Shown: one piece after another, positions 39,083 through 49,165 of the stretch
Position numbering within the stretch: the stretch's first letter is position 1
Layout: every line of letters begins with the position of its first letter
Origin: Nitrososphaerota archaeon
GTDB lineage: Archaea > Thermoproteota > Nitrososphaeria_A > Caldarchaeales > Caldarchaeaceae
Assembly: GCA_041641305.1 (NCBI GenBank)
Contig: JBEPYN010000002.1
Coordinates: 544,001-608,000, forward strand
Length of the DNA: 64,000 bases
Reading direction: 5' to 3'
Notes under the pieces: generated by a model
What the model was told of the DNA's origin: nothing
Databases searched by the model: none
Seen by the model: only the letters and a program-made list of their open reading frames with translations
Position numbers and translations under genes: made by a program

Positions 39083-39253
39083 GTGGGCATATCGAGCTTT
39101 TTCAAGTCAGCGCTGACAACCTTAAGGATGGCGAAAAAACCATCTTGGAAAGAATATTCCATAACGCTGAGAATAACTTTGCTGGGGCTGGCCATAATAG
39201 GTGTCCTGGCTTTCATAATCAGGTTTCTGGCGATAGCTTTCCAGCCTGCTTGA
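39083..39253 (+). CDS. secE: Protein translocase SecE/Sec61-gamma; missing from ORF track
   Basis: Translated by hand: (M)GISSFFKSALTTLRMAKKPSWKEYSITLRITLLGLAIIGVLAFIIRFLAIAFQPA*; KP..EY then TM; usual position upstream of spt5. Confidence 0.92.
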   Translation: MGISSFFKSALTTLRMAKKPSWKEYSITLRITLLGLAIIGVLAFIIRFLAIAFQPA

Positions 39254-39293
39254 TGAGGGTTTTTATAAGCGGCTACGAGCATAAGTAGGCAGG

Positions 39294-40193
39294 TTGAGCA
39301 CGACTGGGATGAAGTATTTCGCGGTCAAGACAACGGTGGGTCAGGAGAGGACTGTAGCCAACGTTCTCGAGGCACGGTTCCACGGCATTTTCCTCGACTT
39401 TGTCGCCGAACCTGTAGGGACTATCACGATAAGCGACAAAACCCACGGCGCTGTGGTTTTCTCCTCACCTAAATCCACTACACTGGAGAAGGTGGCGATA
39501 TATGTATCCAAGACAGGAGAGCCGACCGAACCTCTGCACGCCCAGTTAACCGAGTACAGCGATGAAACAGGGTTTGGGTCTGAGACTCTGGGAGAAGGTA
39601 GGTACGACCCATTGCTTCTCAAAACGGAGAGCTGGGCTGAGATAGTTTTCCGCTCACCTGTAAAACTGAGGCGGGGCGCATCCTATGCTCTGAAGATTTT
39701 CAAGACGGCGGAGGAAGCAGGCGGCTATAACCTGTTTCTTGGGGATGGTGAGAAGGAGGATGTGCGGTTTAAGGTGTTTGAGCTGGGAGAGTGGAGAGAC
39801 GATGCACGTCTTCCGCTCTTCAAGCTAATTGAGAAGCCGTCTATTGCTTCAATATTCATTCTCCCAGCTCTGAAGGGCTATGTGTTTGTTGAAGCGGCGT
39901 CGAAAGAGGTTATCGCAGATGCGTTGCAGAATGTTAGACATGTGAAGGCGAGGCCGCCGATGCCTGTGAAGCTGGAGACAATCGCCTCACACTTGGTTGA
40001 GAAACCTTTGATAGAGGTTTTGTCTGCGGGGCAGATGGTTGAAATCGTGTCCGGGCCTTTAAAGGGCATCGTCGGCAAAGTCATCAGGGTGGAGAAGTCG
40101 AGGCGCGAGGTCACGCTTGAGCTGAAGGAGGCGGCTTTCCAGCTTCCCATATCAGTCTCCATCGACGCCGTCCGCCCTATAGACAAGACGTAG
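39294..40193 (+). CDS. spt5: Transcription elongation factor Spt5 with a ~150-aa insertion in the NGN domain
   Basis: YFAVKTTVGQE..VA, LKGYVFVEA, KOW GQMVEIVSGPLKG; located between secE and rpl11. Confidence 0.92.
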   Translation: MSTTGMKYFAVKTTVGQERTVANVLEARFHGIFLDFVAEPVGTITISDKTHGAVVFSSPKSTTLEKVAIYVSKTGEPTEPLHAQLTEYSDETGFGSETLGEGRYDPLLLKTESWAEIVFRSPVKLRRGASYALKIFKTAEEAGGYNLFLGDGEKEDVRFKVFELGEWRDDARLPLFKLIEKPSIASIFILPALKGYVFVEAASKEVIADALQNVRHVKARPPMPVKLETIASHLVEKPLIEVLSAGQMVEIVSGPLKGIVGKVIRVEKSRREVTLELKEAAFQLPISVSIDAVRPIDKT

Positions 40194-40227
40194 GTTTAAG
40201 AATAGCCAATCTGGGAAGGGGTTAGAC

Positions 40228-40716
40228 ATGGGTGAAAAAACTTTCCGCTTCCTCGTAGAAGGCGGCAAGGTCACGGCAGGGCCTCCCCTGGGCCCAGCCC
40301 TAGGGCCTCTAGGGCTGAATGTTATGGCCGTGGCTGAAGAGGCTAACAGGCTTACACAGGAGTTTAACGGCATGCGTGTCCCGATAGAGGTGGTGGTAGA
40401 CACAGATACTAAGAAGTTTGAGATAAAGGTTGGGACGCCGAGCACCTCGGCTCTTTTAGCCAGTGCGGCGGGCGTCCAGAAGGGAAGCGGGACCGCGGGA
40501 CGCGATTACGTGGGCGACCTCAAATTCACCGATGTTGTGAAGATCGCTAAGACGAAGCTTCCAGACATGAGGTCCAAGACATTGAAAGCTGCTGTCAAAG
40601 AGATACTCGGCTCATGCGTCAGCATGGGGATAAAGGTGGACGGCATGGACCCTAGAGAAGTCGTCAAGCTCGTCGAACAGGGAAAATACGACCAGCTACT
40701 GGGTGAAGAGAATTGA
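40228..40716 (+). CDS. rpl11: 50S ribosomal protein L11
   Basis: GGKVTAGPPLGPALGPLG, GTPSTSAL, GSCVSMG. Confidence 0.97.
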   Translation: MGEKTFRFLVEGGKVTAGPPLGPALGPLGLNVMAVAEEANRLTQEFNGMRVPIEVVVDTDTKKFEIKVGTPSTSALLASAAGVQKGSGTAGRDYVGDLKFTDVVKIAKTKLPDMRSKTLKAAVKEILGSCVSMGIKVDGMDPREVVKLVEQGKYDQLLGEEN

Positions 40717-41372
40717 TGCGCGCCGCTTTAGCCAAGGCAGTGGAAGCCGTCAAACAGGCTAAGCAGAACAAGAAGAACACAAAGTTTAAGCAATCGGTGG
40801 AGCTGGTGATCAACGTCACGGGAGTGGACCTTACCAAGCCGCAGAACAGGTTTTCAGAGGTTATTGAGCTTCCTAACGGACTTGGAAGAAAGCGGAGAAA
40901 AATCCTTGTCATAGCGTCGGGAAACCTTGCACTAGAAGCCTCTAAGACGCCGGGTGTCGACCGGGTCATTCAGAAAGAGGAGCTGGAGGCCCTTGTGGGC
41001 AGGAAAAAAGAGGCGAAGAAAATCGCTTCAGAGTATGATTTTGTCTTGGTTGAGCCCGCTCTGGTGGCGTTGGCTGCGAGAGCTCTTGGAGCAGCTCTCG
41101 GCGCGAGAGGTAAAACGCCTGTACCTATTCCACCCGGCTCCGACATACAGAAGCTCGTGAAAAGATATGAGAACAGCGTCCAAGTCACCATGAGAAAATC
41201 ACCGCAAGTCGCCTGCATAGTCGGCGTGGAGGAGGACCCTGATGAGAAAATAGCCGAAAATATAGAGACGGTGTTAAGCAGGGTTGTCGAGAAGCTTGAA
41301 AAAAAGAAACGGAACATCTCCGGCGTATACGTCAAGACAACGATGGGCAAGCCTGTCAAGGTGGAGATCTGA
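40713..41372 (+). CDS. rpl1: 50S ribosomal protein L1
   Basis: FKQSVEL, LGARGK.P, YVKTTMGKPV. Confidence 0.95.
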   Translation: MMRAALAKAVEAVKQAKQNKKNTKFKQSVELVINVTGVDLTKPQNRFSEVIELPNGLGRKRRKILVIASGNLALEASKTPGVDRVIQKEELEALVGRKKEAKKIASEYDFVLVEPALVALAARALGAALGARGKTPVPIPPGSDIQKLVKRYENSVQVTMRKSPQVACIVGVEEDPDEKIAENIETVLSRVVEKLEKKKRNISGVYVKTTMGKPVKVEI

Positions 41373-41429
41373 TGAATAACTTGATTAATCGCCGAAGGTA
41401 TGGGGCTGGCAACATGGAGCGATGAAGCC

Positions 41430-42293
41430 ATGGCCACTGCTGTCACTCGACCCAGCTTAGTGAAGAAGGCGCGGCTCGTTGAAGAGGTAGCTGAGCTTAT
41501 CAAGAGACATCCAGTTGTCGCAGTCTTTGACCTGAGAAGCACAAGAGCCAACACCATTCATGAAATGAGGAAAAAGCTCCGCGGACTGTGTGAGATAAGG
41601 ATACTGAAAAAAACCCTGTTCATGAAAGCGTGTAGGCTCGCGGGGAAGCCTGAGCTGGAGAAACTCGTGGAAAACATCAAAATTCCTGTCGGCTTCATCT
41701 TCAGCAGCATCAACAGCTTCCAGCTCGCTCTTACGCTGGAAAAGAACAAGGTTCCCATGCATGCGAAAGCAGGTGAGAAAGCCGACTTCGACATCTGGGT
41801 ACCCGAGACAAACACAGGGCTTCCGCCAGGCCCTATTCTCAGCGACTTCGGCAAACTCAAGATACCTACTAGGATTGAGGGTGGACAGGTTTGGATAGCG
41901 AAGGACACTCTTGTCGCCAAGAAGGGTGAGGAGATATCACAGCTCTTGGCGAGCCTGTTGGCGAAGCTCGACATCAAAGCTGTTCTGAGGGGTGTTAACC
42001 TGATAAGCGCTTATGAGGACGGGGTCTTCTTCAAAGCGGAGGACCTCATCATAGACCCTGCGAAGATTCGGCAGGAGATCGCGTCAGCGGCCTCGCTAGC
42101 CCTCGCTTTCGCAGTCGAAATATCCTACATAACCAAGGAAACTCTGCAGCCGCTGCTGATACGCGCCGAAACACATGCAAGAGCATTGGCTGTCGAGGCA
42201 GGCTACTACACAAAGGAGACGCTGCCACTCGTTTTCGCAAAGGCTTTGGCGGAGTCGAGTGCGTTAGCGCGGGCCGCGGGTGTCTCTGAGTAG
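41430..42293 (+). CDS. rpl10: 50S ribosomal protein L10/P0 (no acidic C-terminal tail)
   Basis: KKTLF, AKAGEKA..DIWVP..NTGLPPGP, TRIEGGQV, repeated YxTKET stalk helices. Confidence 0.93.
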   Translation: MATAVTRPSLVKKARLVEEVAELIKRHPVVAVFDLRSTRANTIHEMRKKLRGLCEIRILKKTLFMKACRLAGKPELEKLVENIKIPVGFIFSSINSFQLALTLEKNKVPMHAKAGEKADFDIWVPETNTGLPPGPILSDFGKLKIPTRIEGGQVWIAKDTLVAKKGEEISQLLASLLAKLDIKAVLRGVNLISAYEDGVFFKAEDLIIDPAKIRQEIASAASLALAFAVEISYITKETLQPLLIRAETHARALAVEAGYYTKETLPLVFAKALAESSALARAAGVSE

Positions 42294-44993
42294 GTTGCTT
42301 AGCTCGGGCAGGTTGGAGACGAGCTGCTCCGCTGGTGCGGCGCCTCTGCCGAGGGTTTTGCTGCCGCCGCCACCCCCTCCCGCGAGCTGCAGAAACCTTC
42401 TCAAAACTTCTCCAACGTTCACGCCCTCCGCCACAGCCTTGTCGTTGGCCACTGCAACCACCTTTGCAGTCGGGGCGCCCGCATACGCCAGAGCCACGGC
42501 AGGCTTATCCGTCTTCACAATCTCGGCCGCCAGCTTAATCAGGTAATCCTCGTCATCATACTCCTCTTCAGATATGTAGAGAAGAAGTTTGTCGACGGCT
42601 ATGCCGACGCTTCTTACTTCAGCAGCCCTGTAGCCAATTATTTTTTCCGAAAGGGTTTTGACCGTTTTTCTGAGTGTGCGGAGGTTTTCGTCGAGTTCGG
42701 CCACTTTCTTTACAACATCCTCGACCGGTGTCTGAAGTTTCTGCGCAACCTGGTGCAGCGTGTCCTCGATGTTTTGGTAGCGTGATAGGTTTGCGGGGCC
42801 CGCGGTGAACTCTATTCTCTCAACCCCGTCCTGTATCCTCTCGCTCGAGATGATTTTGATTAAGCCTACGTTCTCTGTGTTTTCGCAGTGTATTCCGCCG
42901 CATGCCTCGGCATCCCATCCAGGTATCTCTACAACCCTTATGACGCCGAGTGGGACTTCGCCGCCTTGGTAAAGTCCGAACCCGTATGTTTCCTCGGCCT
43001 CGTTTCTGTTCATCCAGCTTATCCGCACAGGTATGCGACGCGCCACAACTCTATTAGCCAATCTCTCTATCTCACCTATCTGTTCAGGTGTGAGCCTCTT
43101 GTGGTGATAGAAGTCGAGCCTGCCTTTCTCAGGCTCTTTCCTCGCACCGGCCTGCCATGCATGTTTACCCAGGACACGTCGAACAGCGCCAAGCAGGATA
43201 TGTGTGGCGGTGTGGTGTCTGACGATGGCGTGTCTTCTCTCCGCGTCTACATAGCCCTCCACCTCTTCACCAACCTCTGGAACAGGGCCCTCCACCCTGT
43301 GTAGAATAACGTCGTCTAAGACCTGTGTGTCAACCACTGTGGAGACCTTGTCGCGGAAAACCAGTGTACCAGTGTCACCTACTGCGCCGCCGCTCTCGGG
43401 ATAAAACAGCGTCGCATCGAGTATGACGTGTCCATCCACTACCCCGAGAACCTTTGCACGGAAACTGTAGCTGGTGGGCTGTTCGTAATAGAGTTTCCTC
43501 GTCTTCGGATAAGATGAGACATCTATTTGCTGCCGCGAAGTTGGTTTCTCAGGTGTCTCGCGTAGATGCCGTGAAGCCACCAGCTCGTAGAAGTTTTCGG
43601 GAACCGTTACCTCGACACCTTGCTTGGCAGCCATCTCTGCAACGATATCCGGTGTCAGCCCTTTGTCATCATAGTATTGTATCAGTTTTTCAACCGATAT
43701 TGTTTTGACGTTTTTCAATTCTCTGAGCACTGTTTCGGTTCCGCGTTTTATCGTCTCCCTGAACTTGTTAACCTCATGTTCCACGATGTCGAGAACCTCA
43801 TCCCGCATCTCGGACAAATGGGGAAAATCTTTCCCCCAATACTCTATTTGCATGTCAATTAGGTCGAGCAGCTTCTCTTCGGCATCAACTGTTCTCAGCA
43901 GCCTGTAAGCCCTACGTATGAGAAGCCGTGTAAGATACCCTGTTTTGACGTTGCTGGGGACAACCCCCTCAGCTACTATGAAGGCTATCGCCTTGCTGTA
44001 GTCGAGCGCTGAGTAAACCTTTTCATAGGGAACAATCAGGTCGTTTACCGTTTCGATGCCTATCCCAGCCATCGCGGCGACTTTTCTCCTCAGCTCGCTG
44101 ACCGTGGCATCGGCACCGGGTTTAACAAGTCCTGTGTATTTCGCATATTTGATGAGAAGCTCTTCATCCGGCCTGTTAACGGGTATAAGCTCCCGCACCT
44201 TGGAGAGCAGCTCGCCGTAAATGGCGTCGAAGGCGCTCGGTGTTTGCTGGGAGAACCACGCCAGCCTCTCTATGCCATAGCCTGTGTCAACGGTTTTGAT
44301 AGGTGTCTCAACCCTTCCGCCGTCGAGTGTTTTGAACTGCATGAAGACCAGGGTCGCCAGCTCAAGCCCACCCGCTATCACCTCGAGGCAGGGGCCCTCG
44401 TTGCCGCCGCCCGCCCACCAAGACTCCTTGTAAACAAGCTCGCCGCCAGAGACACCGAGAACATTTGTCATAAACTCGTGACAATACTCCGCCGTCTCCG
44501 ATTTCCAGTAGATTTTTTTATCGGGGTAGTTGAAGGCGTGGTGGCCACCCATCTCAAACACCGTGAGATGGCGGCCGAATGTAAGGCCTATTTTGTCGAG
44601 GTCCACAAGCCTTGCACAGGGCTGGCTTATCACCAAAGGGTTGGCGGGAGGAGGAGCGATACCGTTCGTGACCCAGGGCTGAAAATCAACTATTGACGCA
44701 TCGGTCAAGTAAAGGTCTGTGCGCCACCGCGCCACAATCGGATACGGCCTTATCGGAGCATGGCCTCTCTGAGCGAAAAACTCTATGAAAGCCTGCCTAG
44801 CCTCACCGACCGACAGAGGCCCGGAGCAGTATTTTTTCTCGAGAAAACTGTATTCGACGCAGGGGGATTCACCGCATACCTCTCTGTCGGGGTCGAGGCT
44901 CCAGAAAAACTCGCCGCAAACCCTGCACTGGTTCCTCACAAACCCGTTTTGTAGAAAGAACTCGAGCCTGTATTCTTGCTCGTCGTAGGGCAA
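42264..44993 (-). CDS. alaS: Alanyl-tRNA synthetase
   Basis: ASIVDFQP, FEMGGHHAFN, LELATLVFMQ, DTGYGIER, editing HHTATH and CGGIH, DHHA1 GGGG. Confidence 0.97.
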   Translation of the reverse strand: MPYDEQEYRLEFFLQNGFVRNQCRVCGEFFWSLDPDREVCGESPCVEYSFLEKKYCSGPLSVGEARQAFIEFFAQRGHAPIRPYPIVARWRTDLYLTDASIVDFQPWVTNGIAPPPANPLVISQPCARLVDLDKIGLTFGRHLTVFEMGGHHAFNYPDKKIYWKSETAEYCHEFMTNVLGVSGGELVYKESWWAGGGNEGPCLEVIAGGLELATLVFMQFKTLDGGRVETPIKTVDTGYGIERLAWFSQQTPSAFDAIYGELLSKVRELIPVNRPDEELLIKYAKYTGLVKPGADATVSELRRKVAAMAGIGIETVNDLIVPYEKVYSALDYSKAIAFIVAEGVVPSNVKTGYLTRLLIRRAYRLLRTVDAEEKLLDLIDMQIEYWGKDFPHLSEMRDEVLDIVEHEVNKFRETIKRGTETVLRELKNVKTISVEKLIQYYDDKGLTPDIVAEMAAKQGVEVTVPENFYELVASRHLRETPEKPTSRQQIDVSSYPKTRKLYYEQPTSYSFRAKVLGVVDGHVILDATLFYPESGGAVGDTGTLVFRDKVSTVVDTQVLDDVILHRVEGPVPEVGEEVEGYVDAERRHAIVRHHTATHILLGAVRRVLGKHAWQAGARKEPEKGRLDFYHHKRLTPEQIGEIERLANRVVARRIPVRISWMNRNEAEETYGFGLYQGGEVPLGVIRVVEIPGWDAEACGGIHCENTENVGLIKIISSERIQDGVERIEFTAGPANLSRYQNIEDTLHQVAQKLQTPVEDVVKKVAELDENLRTLRKTVKTLSEKIIGYRAAEVRSVGIAVDKLLLYISEEEYDDEDYLIKLAAEIVKTDKPAVALAYAGAPTAKVVAVANDKAVAEGVNVGEVLRRFLQLAGGGGGGSKTLGRGAAPAEQLVSNLPELSNLLRDTRGPR

Positions 44994-45040
44994 GGGGTCG
45001 ACACCACAAGGCCGCGGTCAAGACGCCGTTTTAACTATTT

Positions 45041-46549
45041 CTAAACAAGCACCTCCGCCGAAAAATTCTTGGAGGAATAGGCGACGAGAGCGAAAGCGAA
45101 CAGAGCATACCCAGACAACAGATAGGGCAGGAAAGCAGGGGGATTAGAGACAAGAGGCTCGAATAAACGGGACATCAGCAGCGGGAGGCTAAGCAGCTGC
45201 GAACCGAGGAGCGGTATAACAACTATGAAAATCGAAATAAAAGAGAAGGGAGAGGAAAGGCGCTTAACAGAAGAAGATATCATCAATGCAAGAAATGAGC
45301 CGAAAACGGCTGAACACAGAAACAGCAAGCCATCCACATATGTGAATGCGATAAACCCGTTGAAAACCTGTATAGCAGCCACCAACACAGATGAAAAAAC
45401 TAAAGAAACAATCACGTAGGCCGCCAATAATGTGTAGAAATAGGATGAGATACGGTATACAGAAAGCTGAACCAGCCATAGATTCTGTTTCTCGGAAAGC
45501 AGCCAATTGAATGAAAGAAGAGCCGGTATCATTGGGGTATACAGTGAGACTATGGTGAGGAAAATTGCCTCGGGCTGGGCGGTGAACGCGAGAACTCGGG
45601 GAAGAGCAGAACCTACGTAGACAAGTAAGAGCAGGACAAAAGCTGTTATCCAAAGACTGCCGTCTCGCAGAAACCTTGTCAAATGAGCTTTGACTAGCAG
45701 AGCCGCAGGACTGTTACCGGGGTTTATCGACAAAAATCTCGCCACAGGCTCCGGAAGTTTGAAAGAGGTTACGAATTTTCTCGGCGGGTCGGTGAAAACA
45801 TTGGTCAATATCGGCGCCAGACCCGCGTATTCCACTGACTTGGAGAGAAAAAGATGTACTGCAAGCAATCCGGCCATAAACAGAGAGGCCGCAGCCGTTT
45901 TGAAGCCGCCTTCCGTTATGCCGAGCAGGAGTGTGGTGGGAAACGGAAAGCCGCTAACCCATGCAAGTGATGCAAAAACATCCAAAAGAGGCATCAACAC
46001 TAATATCATCACAACCCCGCCAACAGCCATCACACATCTCCTCCCCAACCAGTTACGCAAAAGACCAAGTAAATGCGATATCAAAATAGACGAGACAACA
46101 GCCGCCTCAACAACCATAACGAAATTAAACAAATGGATGAGGTGGCGTGGGAAAGTCAATACCGTTACAACAAGCGCCATCGACGGCAGAGAAAACACGT
46201 TGAGGAAAATAAATTGAAACAAAAAATCTGACCACAAATAAGTTCTCGGCCTAACATTAGAGGTGAAAATGTAGTCTATCTCATAGCCCAAGGCCGTAAC
46301 ACCCCCCTTCAAACCAAGAAACACCCCAACCGCTAAGACACCAGACGTCGCCAGCGGCTTCAAAGCCCTGACAAAATCATTCATATCCATACCCATTATA
46401 ACGCCATAGAATCGCAGCGTTATCGAAACCAAACCCAGCACAAGTAAATAAAGCAGGTAGAACATCACAGGAGCGACTGCTCTTGAGAAGGATCTTCCAA
46501 AAGAACCGGCGAACTGCCTCACCTTTACGATAAAAATCTCAATTAACAT
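45041..46549 (-). CDS. ABC-2-type exporter permease (about 12 TM)
   Basis: Highly hydrophobic; EIDYIFTSNVRPR loop; overlaps the ABC ATPase. Confidence 0.7.
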   Translation of the reverse strand: MLIEIFIVKVRQFAGSFGRSFSRAVAPVMFYLLYLLVLGLVSITLRFYGVIMGMDMNDFVRALKPLATSGVLAVGVFLGLKGGVTALGYEIDYIFTSNVRPRTYLWSDFLFQFIFLNVFSLPSMALVVTVLTFPRHLIHLFNFVMVVEAAVVSSILISHLLGLLRNWLGRRCVMAVGGVVMILVLMPLLDVFASLAWVSGFPFPTTLLLGITEGGFKTAAASLFMAGLLAVHLFLSKSVEYAGLAPILTNVFTDPPRKFVTSFKLPEPVARFLSINPGNSPAALLVKAHLTRFLRDGSLWITAFVLLLLVYVGSALPRVLAFTAQPEAIFLTIVSLYTPMIPALLSFNWLLSEKQNLWLVQLSVYRISSYFYTLLAAYVIVSLVFSSVLVAAIQVFNGFIAFTYVDGLLFLCSAVFGSFLALMISSSVKRLSSPFSFISIFIVVIPLLGSQLLSLPLLMSRLFEPLVSNPPAFLPYLLSGYALFAFALVAYSSKNFSAEVLV

Positions 46550-47276
46550 CTTTTTTCACCCGAACAAGAGAGAGGAAGATTTCTTCAAGAGATGCATCAC
46601 CGTTCTCCATCTTAAGCTCCGAAAGGCTCGAGGAACACAAAACTATTCCATCAGCTATTATAGTTACATGGTTGCAGATTTTCTCAGCAGAATCAAGCAG
46701 ATGAGTGGAGATAAGGACGCCACCTCCATTCTTTATGATGTCGTTGATGTAGAGCCTTGTGATTTTCTGGGCCTCTGGGTCAAGTCCGTTGAATGGCTCG
46801 TCGAGAATTAGAATAGTCGGGGAGTTTACAAGCGAAGCTGCTATGGCCAATCTCTGTCGGACACCTTTAGAAAGCTCGTAAACAAGCCTATCTGAAACAT
46901 GGTGCAGCGAATAAGCATCCAACAGTTCAGAAACTTTCCTCCGCAAACCATCACCTTCAAGGCCTTTTAAACGGGCTGAGAAAATCAGAAACTCTTGAAC
47001 TGTCAAGTAGTCTGGAAGGGACGGATTTTCGGGAACATATCCTAACCTTTTTTTGTAGCCGTTGTTGGATGATGGTTTTTCGCCGAGGATGGTTACGGTT
47101 CCTTTGTCAGGTTTCAGAAGTCCGACGATGCATTTCAGGGTCGTTGTTTTTCCTGAGCCGTTGGGGCCAAGTAGGCCATGAACCTGCCCAGCCTCAAGCT
47201 TGAAAGAAACCCCCCTAACAGCGGCCACTTTACCGAAACTTTTCCAGATATCAGCAGCCTCAAGTAGGACAGGCAT
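46539..47276 (-). CDS. ABC transporter ATP-binding protein
   Basis: GPNGSGKTT, LSKGVRQR, ILDEPFNGLDP, STH. Confidence 0.93.
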   Translation of the reverse strand: MPVLLEAADIWKSFGKVAAVRGVSFKLEAGQVHGLLGPNGSGKTTTLKCIVGLLKPDKGTVTILGEKPSSNNGYKKRLGYVPENPSLPDYLTVQEFLIFSARLKGLEGDGLRRKVSELLDAYSLHHVSDRLVYELSKGVRQRLAIAASLVNSPTILILDEPFNGLDPEAQKITRLYINDIIKNGGGVLISTHLLDSAEKICNHVTIIADGIVLCSSSLSELKMENGDASLEEIFLSLVRVKKDVN

Positions 47277-47318
47277 CCGATAAACAATACAAATGAGATG
47301 GGTAAAAAATTTTTGATG

Positions 47319-47630
47319 TTATCCGAAGAGGGCGCTCAGACCAGATAGAGCCTCTTCCTGCGCCTTCTCCTCCTTCGGTTTCTCGGCGGGAGCCTCTGCT
47401 GCCTGTGGAGCTGCGGCGGCTGCGGCAGGTGCCGCTGCAACTGCTACAGGAGCTGCGGTCGCCTGTTTTAGGACCTCGTCGATGTTTATCTCGGCTAGGG
47501 CCGCGGACAGTGATTTGATTTTCGACATGTCAGGCGTGATACCCGCTGCTTCGACAACTCTCTTCAAGCTTTCCTCGTCGATTTTTTTGCCAGCCTTGTG
47601 GAGCAACAGCGCTGCGTAAACATACTCCAT
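47319..47630 (-). CDS. rpl12: 50S ribosomal protein L12/P1
   Basis: [11 protein letters not shown], Ala-rich hinge, GLSALFG C-terminus; ATG 47630. Confidence 0.96.
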   Translation of the reverse strand: MEYVYAALLLHKAGKKIDEESLKRVVEAAGITPDMSKIKSLSAALAEINIDEVLKQATAAPVAVAAAPAAAAAAPQAAEAPAEKPKEEKAQEEALSGLSALFG

Positions 47631-47776
47631 CTTTCTATGCACCTGATGTTTTTGACAACTGCCCATTCTTAAATATTAACTGGGCTAGTTCAGCCGGATG
47701 CTGGAAAGACTTTATAAATAGTGGCCCCGGAGTTTGACAAAATATTTCTTTACGCCGAGGAATTAGGTATTGGTGG

Positions 47777-48877
47777 ATGAAGCGCACCGGCACGGCTACG
47801 CTGTGGTTGACAGAGGGTTCGGTGCCGCATTTTAGGGAGATGGTGGAGCTTGGTCGTGAGATTATGAGGGCGCTGTGTGAGCAAGTGGGTAATGAGGAGA
47901 CGGTTAGAAGGTTTGCGGACCCGTTCTGGTTAAGCAGCCTTGCATGCGCACTGGGGTTTGAGTGGAACACGAGCGGGCAGACCACGGTAACGCTGAAGGC
48001 TCTCAGCCACGGGCTTGTGGGGACAGATATCCCGGTCAGGGTTTTGGGAGGAAAGGGTGCTGAGATGCGGTCGGCTCAGTTGGAGGCGGGCAAGCTTCTC
48101 GCTGAAATCGGCGTCAGAGAGGTTGGGGAAATCCGCAGGGCCATGAGACTCACGACGTCCGTCGACAACGCAGCACTACAGGACTCTTACGACATCTATT
48201 TCCACGCCGCAATTGTGTCCGAATCCGGGCAGTGGGTCATTATCAACCAAGGCATGAACACGGATAATAAGACAGCGAGACGTTATCACTGGTCAAGCGA
48301 CCGCGGTCTCGGCGTTGTGGAGCCTCACACAGAGATTTTGAGTGAGGCTGTTGAGGATGTGGTGCTCGACCTGACAAGCACAGCATCCGCGGAAACATGT
48401 CAGACAATCCTTGAGATGCTTGAGGACACTCCGCCCAGCAGGCTTAACCAAGACCTCGCACAGATCAAGGCAATAGCTCGTAAACAACACACCCTCACAG
48501 ACTCATTCGAAGATCTTCCCACAATCCCGACGCATCTCTCCCCACCCAATAGGTTTGACGAGGAAACAATTAGAAGGGCCAAAAACGTGTCAAGCTTCGA
48601 CGAGCTTTTGACAACGCAGGGAGTAGGAGCAGCCACCATACGCGGGCTCGCCTACATAGCCGCCCTCATCTATGGCTCAAAGGTGTCGTGGCGGGACCCG
48701 GTTAAATTCAGCTACGCCTTCGGAACCAAAAGCGGGAAACCCTATCCAGTCAACAAAGCAGCCATGCTTGAGGCCGCTGAATTCATCAAACAGGCCGTTA
48801 TGGCGTCTAAGATGGGTGACGAAACAAAGCTAATGGTTCTACGTAGGCTAAACAGTTTGCTGGAGTCCAACCACTAG
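47777..48877 (+). CDS. DUF763 family protein
   Basis: MKRTGTA.L.L, DPFW, GFEWNTSGQTT, VDNAALQD, RRYHW, HhH GVGAATIR, DPVKFSYAFGTK. Confidence 0.88.
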   Translation: MKRTGTATLWLTEGSVPHFREMVELGREIMRALCEQVGNEETVRRFADPFWLSSLACALGFEWNTSGQTTVTLKALSHGLVGTDIPVRVLGGKGAEMRSAQLEAGKLLAEIGVREVGEIRRAMRLTTSVDNAALQDSYDIYFHAAIVSESGQWVIINQGMNTDNKTARRYHWSSDRGLGVVEPHTEILSEAVEDVVLDLTSTASAETCQTILEMLEDTPPSRLNQDLAQIKAIARKQHTLTDSFEDLPTIPTHLSPPNRFDEETIRRAKNVSSFDELLTTQGVGAATIRGLAYIAALIYGSKVSWRDPVKFSYAFGTKSGKPYPVNKAAMLEAAEFIKQAVMASKMGDETKLMVLRRLNSLLESNH

Positions 48878-49140
48878 ATACGGGTCACGGACTGGACATC
48901 ATATTCGCCCACAAGCTCCACCGACGAGAGATATTGTTCAAGCGCCTCACCCACCCCGTCCACCTCGGGCATTAGGAAACCAATCACGAGCGCCTTCAGC
49001 CCAAACCCTATGTCCTCAACCCTTTTGTCACTTACCTGCACATCATTCGGCAGGTTTGATTCAACAGCCTTCGCCACCTCATCCAAATCCGTGTCAGAGT
49101 CTTTTGGCAAAATCCTGACAACCATCAATACCTTACCCAT
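48874..49140 (-). CDS. ef1b: Translation elongation factor 1-beta
   Basis: MGKVLMVVRILP, EDIGFGLKAL; true start ATG 49140. Confidence 0.92.
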   Translation of the reverse strand: MGKVLMVVRILPKDSDTDLDEVAKAVESNLPNDVQVSDKRVEDIGFGLKALVIGFLMPEVDGVGEALEQYLSSVELVGEYDVQSVTRI

Positions 49141-49165
49141 GCGCGATAATCTGTTTGACCACAAT

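Noticed and set aside
39381-39825. Intein or intron in spt5
   Set aside because: No C/S-start and HN-C/S/T splice motifs, no LAGLIDADG; the frame stays open with ordinary coding composition
41369-41429. C/D box or K-turn RNA between rpl1 and rpl10 (TGATGA..CCGA..GATGA)
   Set aside because: TGATGA includes the rpl1 stop and there is no terminal D box; not supportable without a model search
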